A stretch of DNA of 64,000 nt from Lytechinus pictus (Eukaryota). Both the position numbers and the translations under genes were made by a program. Where the stretch lies: assembly GCF_037042905.1 (NCBI RefSeq), contig NC_087245.1, positions 1,116,001 to 1,180,000 on the forward strand, read 5' to 3'. Numbering within the stretch: the first letter of the stretch is position 1; the number at the start of each line of letters is the position of its first letter. Under the pieces are notes generated by a model. It searched no databases. It worked only from the letters and a program-made list of their open reading frames with translations, and was not told the DNA's origin. Shown piece by piece: positions 53,757 to 64,000 of this stretch.

Positions 53757-55937
53757 GGTGCTGTCAACACCAAATCTTAACCGAAGGTTAAGTTTTGAAA
53801 TGACAGCATAACTTAGAAAGTATATGGACCTAGTTCATGAAACATAGCCATAAGGTTAATCAAGTATTACTGAACATCCTGCCTGAGTTTCAGGTCACAT
53901 GACTAAGGTCAAAGGTCACTTAGGGTCAATGAACTTAGACCATGTTGGGGGAATCAACATCAAAATCTTAACCTGAGGTTAAGTTTTTGAAATGTCATCA
54001 TAACTTAAAAGATATATGGACCTAGCTCATGAAACTTAGACATAAGGTTAATCAAGTGTTTCTGAACATCCTGCCAGAGTTCAGGTCACATGACCAAGGT
54101 CAAAGGTCATTTAGGGTCAATGAACTTAGACCATGTTGGGGGTATCAATATCAAATCTTAACCAAGGTTAAGTTTTTGAAATGTTGTCATAACTTCGAAA
54201 GTATATGGACCTAGTTCATAAAACTTAGACATAAGGGTAATAGTGTATCAGTGAAGATTCTGCCTGAGTTTCAGGTCACATGATTAAGGTCAACAAACTT
54301 TAGCCATGTTGGGGTTATTTGAGGAATTGCCATCATAACTTCAAAAGTTTATGGATCTAGTTCATGAAACTTGGACAGAAGAGCAACCATGTATCCCTAA
54401 ATATCATGTGCGAGTTTCAGGTCACATGATGACCAAGAAAGTGCAAAAAGAAATTATGATAGTCCTGATTGTAAGAATGAGGTCTTCAGAGAACTTTAAT
54501 GAATTTGAAAAACATTGTCTTGTAACCAATGTTTTTACTTCAATGTTTAAAAAAAAGAGAGACCTTGGCCATATTGGGGGTATTTGAGGAATTGTCATCA
54601 TAAGTAACTTTGAAATGTTATAGATCTAGTTCATGAAACTTGGACATAAGAGCAATCAAATTTCTTTGAACATCCTGTGCTAGTTTCGGGTCACATGACC
54701 AAGGTCAAATGTCATTTAGGGTCTACAAACTTTGATAATGTTGGGGGTATTTGTGGAACTGTCATCATAACTTTTAAAGTCTATGGATCTAGTTCATGAG
54801 ACTTGGACATATTAGAGCAGCAATGTATCCCTGAATACCCTGTGTGCGTTTCAGGAACATGGCCAAGATCAAAGGTAATTTAAAGGTCAGTGAACTCTGG
54901 CCGTGTTGGGAGTATGTGTGGAATTGGCATCATAACTTGGGAAGTTTATGGATCTAGCTCATAAAACATCAACATAAGGGTAATCAAGTATGAATGATTG
55001 TTTTGCACATGTCTTAGGTCACATGATCATGGTCAAAGATCATTTTGGGTCAATGGACATTATACAAATGATGCATGGGTTAGAGTGGGTCAGTAGGAAC
55101 TGTGTGCACAAGGTAACTTTTGCATGGTTTAACCCACGAGGCGCAGCCGAGTGGGTTTAGACCATAATGCCAAAGTTACCGCGTGCACACAGTTCCACTG
55201 ACCCACGAAAGAAACCCATGCATTATCTGTTTTATAGAATGGAAAAAATTTATTGAATAAACCACAAAAATTAATGATTTACCGGATGCATGATAATTTC
55301 ATGCGTCCGGTAAATTCAATTTACCGGACGCATGAAAATATTTACCAGACGCATGATTTATTTTACCGGACGCATGATTTATTACCGGATGCATGAAAAT
55401 TCCAAAATGTAATGCAGACCCTTTGATAACCCTGGACAACATAAATATGTATGCCTAACTTGATAATATGTTGGCACAAAGGCATTATTATACCCAAAAT
55501 GCCAGATACAGCTTTGCATTGACTAGATCTATGAGGCAGCCTCAGACCTCCAATAGCTGTGTGTGTATGCCCGGGCCGCGCCGGGGGCCAGTGCCTACGG
55601 CTGCCTGGGCCTGCAGTGGAGATTTGGCTGTGCTCAGCCAGCCCAGGCAGTAGATCTAACGTTAGATCGTATGTCTGGACTTCTCAACTAACGAGTATGC
55701 AGGCAGTTTTAATCCCTATGACAATTACGGTACCGTATTTGTACTTTTGATTATCGGGATATCGTTCATGCAGCCCAGTAAAAATTCTTGCATAGCTCTC
55801 AACCAATCAGATTGCAGGGATTTTCCCATCCATTCTATAAAATCTTTTAATATCATATTAGCTGTTTTCAAAGGAAGCACTGCTGCTATATCCAATTGTG
55901 TAATGCACACAAGACTGCCAGAGGCGTTCCACTTGTT
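53757..55937 (+). mobile_element. Helentron/Helitron-like non-autonomous element with tandem cores of about 120-170 bp, interrupted by an insertion at about 55061-55848
   Basis: Repeated GTTCATGAAACTTGGACATAAG..GGTCACATGACCAAGGTCAAAGGTCA units over 53760-55060. The 3' end GACTGCCAGAGGCGTTCCACTTGTT matches 27578-27721. Confidence 0.7.
55061..55848. mobile_element. Nested element with a terminal hairpin of about 150 bp (Crypton-like, tentative)
   Basis: Palindrome 55071-55223 centred on CCCACGAGGCGCAGCCGAGTGGG. Inverted pair TTTTATAGAATGG (55230) / CCATTCTATAAAA (55830). Internal TTTACCGGACGCATGA repeats at 55278-55400. Confidence 0.6.
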
Positions 55938-56183
55938 TCTTTTTGACTTGTACTTTTTCTGTCAGAAAGTATTGGAGGTTTTTTTCTTAGTTTCCTTTCT
56001 ACTTTTTATAGATGATTAATCAGTATTTTTTTCTCTCTATTTCTTTTCTTCCTCTTTCAGTCTTTTATGTAACTGGGCCCACCACATTGAAAATACAATT
56101 TTTATAGGGCTGTTGTTGCTATCTTTCATGAAATATCACTCCGTTTTTCATGTTCATATCTCCCTTTAATTTGTTTACTGCAG

Positions 56184-56305
56184 AGTCAACCCCGTAGAGG
56201 ATGGCAGTTAAGAGGATTGACCAATGTAGAGAGTGTATCAGATCACATGTATCAGATGGCTATTATGGCTATGATCATCACAGATAAGAGTTTGGATAAA
56301 AACAG
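56184..56305 (+). CDS. HDDC2: HDDC2 coding exon 2 (SQPRRGWQLRGLTNVESVSDHMYQMAIMAMIITDKSLDKNR)
   Basis: Acceptor tactgcag|, donor AG|gtaact; PR.GW and ESVSDHMY motifs. Absent from the ORF track. Confidence 0.94.
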
Positions 56306-57390
56306 GTAACTTTATTGAACACTTTTTCTACATTACAGTGTAACTTTGCCCTCAGTATACAATATGGCTCTACTGCCAATGTGGGATTTAAAAAAATATT
56401 GTAAGTTTATGGGAAATAAATGTTCAAACGAGAAAGGGGAATAACATACACATCAAATGGAACAGCAACAGAGATGAAGAAGAACTAACTCAGAAGACAC
56501 AGGAACATAATAGAACTTAGCTCAAAATCTGGTAGTACACTGATTTATTAAGATGACTTCTTTTCCTCGGTAAAAGAGTCATGAACACTTTACATATTTA
56601 AATTAGGAATAATAACCAATCAAAATAAAGAGAATGGAAGAACCCACTTCATAAAAATAACCAATAAGAGATAGTGGATACCGGATTGAGATGAATAACA
56701 TGTTGGGATGATTACATGATAAGGATATTGAAGAAAAGAAACAGATGTAGCAATATAATGAATAAAGACATCTGAATAGGAAAGAAATGACAAGAGAAGC
56801 AGGTTGAAAGTCAAATGGAAATGCATCAAGAAAGTAATAAAAGCTGAACTAATACCATAGCTGAAACTAAATATCTAAACTATAAAAGGAAACCAAATGT
56901 CAAAATAACAGTCCTACATGTATGCACACTATCAAAAACTCCCAGAGTACAGTATGTTAATTCTTATGTATGGTTGACTTACCTTAAAGTGCCTATGTCA
57001 AATATCTTTGGACCACAGATTTTTTTTTCCAAGGGCTACTTATCACAACATACATGTACTGCCCAAATGTGCTACATTGGATAAGTTTTAACATGGCAGT
57101 AAATTGGGATTTTCTAGAGCTCTATCTTCATTTCCTGGACTGTTTTTAAGCATTAAACTTTAATTAAATACTCTTTCCCTGGTTCAACATAGGTGAAATT
57201 TTGCTTAGATGTTATGTTTTACATATGCTGGTCTGAAATAATGCTTTGAATTAGCCGATTATTCTACTTACATGTATAGAAGTCTTGACTCGGGTTGAGT
57301 CTTTTGTGTGCTTAATCTTGCTTTTAATTCTATCAATCTGAAATCAATTCTAATATTCAAGTTATCTGTTTCATATTTATGTACATGTAG

Positions 57391-57493
57391 GTGTGTACAA
57401 ATTGCTCTTGTACACGACATGGCCGAGTGCATTGTTGGAGATATAACCCCTGCCGATGGAATAAGTAAGGAGGAGAAACATCGAAGAGAAAAA
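57391..57493 (+). CDS. HDDC2: HDDC2 coding exon 3 (CVQIALVHDMAECIVGDITPADGISKEEKHRREK; HD motif)
   Basis: Acceptor atgtag|, donor AAA|gtaagt; signature ALVHDMAECIVGDI. Confidence 0.96.
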
Positions 57494-58270
57494 GTAAGTC
57501 TTACTAAGGCACATTCTTTCTTTAGATTAAATCTTGAAGTTTTAATTCATTCTGTGTAGTATAGCAAGTGAGAGACTGCAATTTCTTGCAATCTTACATC
57601 TACTCCATTGACAATGACTACTGGTTTTACTTGCTTTGGGGATTATCTTCATTTAAAAGATCCACTCATCTCAATGATGTGAAGTGGTGTGGACCATGTA
57701 AATAAGATTGATTTGGTTAAATTGAGTTGTGATAATGTAGGCCTACTCTTCCTTTTGATCCAACTTGTCATGTCTTCCTGTTGATGCCTGCATATCAACA
57801 ATTGAATAAGGTAGACAAGACAAAAAATATCTTAAATTTTGAGGGTTTTTTTTATACAACTTACTGCCTAAATCTTCAACATTGGAATGAATGGGGATTT
57901 CCATGGCTCCATGTTTTAGTTTCCAGGGCTGTTTTAAGAATTTCAGGGGCTCCTCCTATAGACCAGTGAAAAACACACCTGTCCAGAAATGTGTCACATT
58001 CAAGCCAGATCTCTTGCATTGTCCCGCTTTTATTAGTATTATTATTGTTTTGTCATTGATTTCATCATCATTATTAATATTGTTATCATTAATTATTATT
58101 ATTATTATTATTATAGTTTTATATATCTGTCTGTTGCCAGAACAGATGGATATGCCTATTTTTTTTAAAGTTTAGAACTGATTGTGACAATTTGCGTATA
58201 TGATGCTCTTTGGAATAAATTCAAACTATTAGAAGAGTTAAGGTTTGAGAAATAATCTCTTTCTTTTCAG

Positions 58271-58339
58271 GAAACCATGGAGAAGTTATCAAAATTAGCT
58301 GGTCCTGAATCGGGTCAGGAAATGTATCAATTATGGAAG
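58271..58339 (+). CDS. HDDC2: HDDC2 coding exon 4 (ETMEKLSKLAGPESGQEMYQLWK)
   Basis: Acceptor ttttcag|, donor AAG|gtgggt; phase 0 at both ends; E.Y.LW motif. Confidence 0.92.
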
Positions 58340-58362
58340 GTGGGTAACATTGGTAGCTATAT

Positions 58363-59163
58363 TAGGGACAGTGATTTTCTGGGATCGCGGAAAACGGACA
58401 GAATTCATGGAAACAGCCTTTCGAAATGGAAAGTGGCTTTTCAAATGGAAATCACCAAAAAAAAACTTTTCCTCAAAATGCATAGTACAGCAGCAGAAAT
58501 TACTCCAAAATCTAAACAAATTATGAATACCAGGGCCACAAAACATGATCTCACTTTGCTACAATCATGACAATCCACACATCATGACTGCACTCAACTC
58601 CATCACTCGATCATATCGAAATAAACATTCACAAGCACAAGCTGAAATAAGCGACCAAACATTGTTTGATAACAACCAACGAACATAGAAGGCGCAACAT
58701 GGCCATCTTTTGCTGCCCTCTATGTTCGGTGATGTAACAGCATGATCGCGGTACTCCTCAAATCCAAAATGGCAGATAGACGGAATTTTTGGACTGATCA
58801 AAACAATGTCCAAAAAGTCCCCAAATTATCAACAAAATTTCATTCAACCCTAGTATGAAAGTTGAGGATGTATTCATGTTAAATGTGTTTCTTCAAATAT
58901 TTTGTGTGCTCGTATAGATCTGATTAGAGTGGCTTCTAAAGCGTTGTTAGTACAGTGGCAGATACAAACTTGACCAGCGCGAGTATTCATATTGTGACAT
59001 CGCTACTCAGTGCGTATTGATTTTCTATGTAAACTAAATTGTCATTTTTTTCATGTACACATAGTCTATGGGGAAGCGGAACTTCCAATTTTCAGACAGG
59101 CTGAAACCCAATTTAAGATTTTCTGAAATGGAAAAGGCCATTTTATAAAAATCACTGTCCCTA
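58363..59163. mobile_element. hAT-like MITE in HDDC2 intron 4
   Basis: Perfect 16-bp TIR TAGGGACAGTGATTTT / AAAATCACTGTCCCTA. Flanks agctatat / ctctatag match only partly as an 8-bp TSD. Confidence 0.8.
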
Positions 59164-59553
59164 CTCTATAGAGGTACAAGGCTTTTCTGCAATATCTATT
59201 CTGCTTATATTTCTTTTCACAAGTACTAAATTTACAAATATGCATGCTTGCCTACATGTACATTGTATATCTTGTGATTCAATCTCAAAATATCTCTTTA
59301 GAAAATCAAATCTGCACATATCTTTAGATTTTTGGTCTTGTTTGTCATAGAACTGCTTATTATAGTAATTATTTTTGTTAGTAGTCCAAGATATATCATT
59401 ATATCATATATTACTTGTTCTGCCTTAATTTTTTGGTTCCAGTCATATTTACCAAAATGAGGGACTTTAAAATGCAAGCTTTTATGGAATCATCTGACCT
59501 ACCAAATGCTTTACACATGAAAGATTGAAAACACATTTTTGTCTGACATGCAG

Positions 59554-59692
59554 GAGTATGAAGAACAATCATCAGCAGAGGCTAGGTTTGTGAAAGACCT
59601 TGATCGCTTTGAAATGATCTCACAGGCATTCCAATATGAAAAGAGGGAAAATAAACCAGGTCTTCTACAAGAGTTCTTTGATTCTACACAAG
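59554..59692 (+). CDS. HDDC2: HDDC2 coding exon 5 (EYEEQSSAEARFVKDLDRFEMISQAFQYEKRENKPGLLQEFFDSTQ)
   Basis: Acceptor catgcag|, donor G|gtgagt; EYE.QSS.EA.FVK.LD..EM motif. Confidence 0.95.
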
Positions 59693-60258
59693 GTGAGTTA
59701 ACCTCTCTGTCTCAAGTCTTTCCCACTTCTTACCACTTCTACCATCAAAAGGAGTATTGAAGTACTGTTGCATGAAAAATGGAAGGAAATGTTCTCTGTT
59801 TTCATCCAATATTAACAATCATTCATGCAGACTCCTCTAGTAAAACTTCCTTGCCTCTTGTATGGCTGCCTGTAGGATTCCCTGAGTAAGACACAGTTCT
59901 CGCTTATGACAAAGTAACTTAATGACTGCTTGTAGGAGAATTTCAGTGAAGTCATCTTTGCACAAAAATGTGATGGTTAAGTGAGTATTAATAGACTTTT
60001 CAGTTCTAATCCCTCTCTCAAAAGTATCATTCTATGGAAGTGAATATTCTTCTCTTTGTAATAAGGGATAGGATTATCCAACAGTAGCCTTAATCAATTT
60101 AAAGCTGAGAATCCCCTTTTTCCAGGAGGGATAATTAAATGAAGATTCATTTCTGGTGACTTTTTGTGAGTTTTGCCATGCCTTGTGACATATTGAGGTT
60201 ATTGTACATGAGGTCATCCCCAACATTAGATATCTTTTCTTTCCTTATCTTATTGCAG

Positions 60259-60356
60259 GCAAATTCAGCCATCCATTGGTGATAGAATGGGTAGAAGAAC
60301 TGAATAAACAGCGAGACAACATGATCAAGGAACATCAAGATCAGAGCTCTAGTTGA
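60259..60356 (+). CDS. HDDC2: HDDC2 last coding exon (GKFSHPLVIEWVEELNKQRDNMIKEHQDQSSS*)
   Basis: Acceptor attgcag|, phase 1 consistent with exon 5; GKF.HP motif; TGA at 60354-60356. The spliced CDS is 588 nt (195 aa). Confidence 0.92.
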
Positions 60357-60989
60357 CATTAGCTGAACTCCCTGTCATACTCAGGTCTATAGCAAAGTAT
60401 ATTATAAAGATGGGTCATATTTCATAAAATCTGTTATCTATTTTAAATACTAGAAGTTCAAGAACTAGAACTGGTTCCAACCAGATTTTGCAAATAGCGC
60501 ACTAGCAGAAATATGGCCAATATTGCCTTCTGTTTTTGTACAGTATTCCTATGGGCAAAGCACGGGGAGGACAACATGGCAAATGTTTACCCCGTTGGTC
60601 TTGGATTGAAAGTAGCAGGTGAAACATGACATTTATCTATTTGCTAAAACGCCTTGTATAGGTAATAATGATCATTATGAAACGGCGTAGGCAAATGTTT
60701 CTCAAAACTATCAAAGGTCTAGACATATCTCTATGAACTTGGATTTATTGTTGGTTCATATAACCATCGCTCATATCTACTTTTATCGTGACACCAATCT
60801 TCATAGTGTAACATAGACAGCCACAGCTAGGAATGATATAACTAAAGAATGGTCCATAAATGAATGTATACCACTTGTGCCAAAAGACCCTATTTGCATT
60901 AAGTAACATTGTTTTCTGGTTTATTCGGTTTTTATTGTTTTATGGCTGTACAATTGATATAAGAATTCATTCTAATTTTGCTCACTCAA

Positions 60990-61135
60990 TTTTATCTCAC
61001 CTGCATAGCGGAAGTAAGACATAGGTGCTGCTTTAAAATTGGTGACAAAGGGGACACCATATCTTTAATAAGGTCAAGTTTTTAAAAGGTCAACATAACT
61101 TTAAAGTAAAATGAAGTTCATGACCTTTGATACAA
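60990..61135 (+). mobile_element. Probable 5' fragment of the Helentron-like family
   Basis: TCTCACCTGCA is complementary to the 3' subterminal TGCAGGCGAGA. It is followed by a degenerate AAGGT.AAGTTTTT.AAA..TCA.CATAACTT core like those at 53760-54200. Confidence 0.5.
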
Positions 61136-61229
61136 GATCCGTAAATGACCCAAATTACGAGAAAAAAATTGCCAAAATACTACCCAGAACTAAATTCAAT
61201 GAAGTCATGAATTTGGTGAAGTCTTAAAT

Positions 61230-64000
61230 TAGTCCAGGATAGGCCCCATAGACAAGGGGTCGAACCTTGTTTTTTTAGATATACAATGTTTTTTGATGGT
61301 TTCTTGTCAATTCGAGGGTGCTGATTCCGAATCTGAATGATGCCACTCTTGTAACCTTGAGCATTTTCTGCAAATTGGCAAAATCCAATATGGCCGCCAA
61401 AATATGCAAATTACCCATGAAAATCATAAAATTGCCCACACATTAGCTATAAAATGCATGTAGTTGTTGGGCAGAAGTGAAATACCAATTGGAAAAGCAA
61501 TATTTGACAAATTTATTTTATTGATATTCAAAATGGCCGCCATAACCCCTGTATACTTTATTATGTAGAATATAAATGGGGAAAAATATTTTTTTCAAAC
61601 AAGAGCACTATTATTGCATGTGATTGTGACCTGTGAGTGGACTACTGTCTGAAAACATGACTATTAACAAAACTATGTCATTTGTATACTATCTAATGTG
61701 ATAAATGCTGTATTATGATATTCAAAATGGTTGTCATAGACCCCTTATACTGTGTACAATATATAAAAGGGGACAAATAATTTTCACAACCTTTGAATTT
61801 GTTTGACTTTAAAATGCCAATAACTGCGAAATATTGGTGTAACACTGTCTGACAACAAGGATTTCTAACGAAACATCATTTCCCTTGCAATTTCGGTAAT
61901 TATGCTGCATGTTGACATTCAAAATGGCTGCCATCGGCCCTATCTGTATTATGAACAAAGCGAATGAAGAAACTAATTTTCACAAGAGTAAAAACAATAA
62001 AATGAATGTAATTGTAATCTACGAGAGAAATATTGTCTAAAAACATGTTTTCTGGCGAAACATATCATTTCCTTTTTCATGCATGAGATTAATGCTGTAT
62101 TGTAAAATTCAAAATGGCCCATATGGGCCCTTACAGTATTATCTACAATGTAAATGGGGACAAATACTTTTGAAAGAATTAGGATTTGCCTAGGCTGACT
62201 ATGAAATCCATATAATTCTGTTGTATAAGGAAAATATTGTTTGAAAACGTGATTTTTATAATGAAATATAACATTTCCTTTCCCATGAAGGTGATAAATA
62301 CTGTATTTTGACTTTCAAAACGGCCGCACAAGCCCCTACAAATTCTGTAACATGCGTATAGGGAAACTAATCATCACCAGAATGAGAACCAAAAACGCAC
62401 GTAACTATGTGATGTACAGGTAAAATTTGGTCTTGAACATGATTTCTGACTAAATACATCACATAATGGTTGAGAAGGTAATAAAGGCCTTACTTTGAAA
62501 TTCAAAATTGCTGCCATAGCCCAAGTAGTACATGTAGTATGTACATTGTAACTGGGGACAGATAATTTTGACAAAATTTTTACCATGAAAATGGCTTAAT
62601 TTTGATGAAAGTGTTAAGTATTGTCTAAACCCAATGATTTCTAACGAAATATATCATAGCTTGTGTCATAAAGGTGATGAATACAGCCTTTTAAAAATGA
62701 AAAATGGCCGCCATAGTCCCTTATCTTAATATGTAAAATTTGAATGGGGAAAGATAATTTCCACAAAAAAACATATTGCAGCCATTTTGAAATTTAAATA
62801 TAGCATTTATCACCTAAATAACATAAGAAATGATCTATTTGGTTAGAAATCATATTTTCAGACGATATTTCACTCATACATGCAACACAATTTAGTCAAG
62901 CAAAGCCAAATTCTGTTAAAATTATATGTTCCCATTCACAAAGTACATAATAGGCCTACCGTTAGGGCCTGTAGCGGCCATTTTGACTTTCAAAATACAT
63001 TATTTATCACCTACCTGGCAGAATGAATGATATATCTTGTTAGAAATTATGTTTTCAGACAATATTTTACTCTTAAATCACAATTATATGCATGTTATGG
63101 TGCTGACTCCTGTGAAAATTGGTTTCCCAGATCGATTGTACATAATACAGTCAATGTCTTTTGGCGGCCATTTTGAAAGTCAAAATACAATATTTAACGC
63201 AAATATGAAACCCGAATAATATATTTCGTTGCAAATTATATTTGAAGACGGTATTCCACTAATTTACCACGAAAAATACGTTTTAGTGCTCACCTTGTGA
63301 TTGTTTTTGTCCTCTCTCACATCGTAGATCATAATTTTAGGGCCATTGGCGGCCATATTAAATATCAAAATACAGGGTTTATCACATACATGGCATGTTA
63401 AATAATAAATTACGTTAACAATACTGTTTTTAGTCAGTATTCCACTCGTTTATCTTAACAAAATGCATTTTAGTGCTCACTCTTGTGATTTTTTTGTGTC
63501 ACCATTCACATTGTACATAATAGCATTAGGGCTTTTGGAGGCCATTTTGAATATCAAAATACAGGATTTATCACATAACTGACATAACAAATGATATGTA
63601 TCGTTAGCAATCATGTTTTCAGACATTGCTTCACTCATAGATCATAATTACTTGCATTTCAGTGCTCAATTTTGTAAAAAATTATTTTTCCCCATTCATA
63701 TTGTACAGGGGTCTATGATGACGGCCATTTTGATATCAAGAAAATAATATTTTGACAAAAATCATTTTTTCAGATATTATTTCACTCCGGCAGCACAATT
63801 GCATGTACTTTATAGCCAATGTGTGGACAATTTTATGATTTTCATGGGTAATTTGAATATTTTGGCGGCCATATTGGATTTTGCCAATTTGCAGAAAATG
63901 CTCAAGGTTACACGAGTGGCATCATTCAGATTCAGAATCAGCACCCTCGAATTGACAAGAAACCATCAAAAAACATTGTATATATAAAAAAACAAGGTTC
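61230..64000. mobile_element. Large foldback-type non-autonomous DNA transposon (Academ-like, tentative), running off the window end
   Basis: 61262-61460 is the near-perfect reverse complement of 63800-64000. The left arm has repeated AAAATGGCCGCC and the right arm GGCGGCCATTTT, switching near 62740. The left boundary is approximate. Confidence 0.85.

Noticed and set aside
53107..53811. 234-aa and overlapping repetitive ORFs (LCHFY, MAEVK, GKNGR, LPLPF)
   Set aside because: A 15-bp unit keeps several frames open on both strands. Single-base deletions switch the peptide, and the array lies in an HDDC2 intron.
1..64000. tRNA, rRNA or autonomous transposase/reverse transcriptase genes
   Set aside because: None were recognisable by eye and no long non-repetitive ORF remains unexplained. 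A covariance-model scan (tRNAscan-SE, Infernal/Rfam) was not possible, so small RNAs cannot be excluded.

Overview
AT-rich, intron-containing animal genomic DNA. The repeat style suggests an invertebrate deuterostome such as a sea urchin (inference only). Three spliced genes were rebuilt by hand from GT-AG junctions and frame continuity. (1) A Hey-family bHLH-Orange repressor (+, 5 coding exons, 13506-23146, 321 aa, ends YRPW-GTEMAY). (2) Mitochondrial ribosomal protein MRPS28 (-, 2 coding exons, 44073-42397, 195 aa). (3) HD-domain nucleotidase HDDC2 (+, 6 coding exons, 44204-60356, 195 aa); its first two exons and last exon are not in the ORF track. MRPS28 and HDDC2 are head-to-head with only 130 bp between start codons. 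The Hey-MRPS28-HDDC2 trio looks like the unduplicated ancestor of the human HEY1-MRPS28 and HEY2-HDDC2 neighbourhoods. The rest is non-autonomous DNA transposons, some nested, a 5.8 kb composite G-rich satellite, smaller tandem arrays, and candidate Su(H)/CSL and Hey/Hes motif clusters around Hey. I found no evidence of a new enzymatic, defence or CRISPR-type system. Almost all other ORFs in the track look spurious. Repeat superfamily labels are tentative, from terminal structure only.
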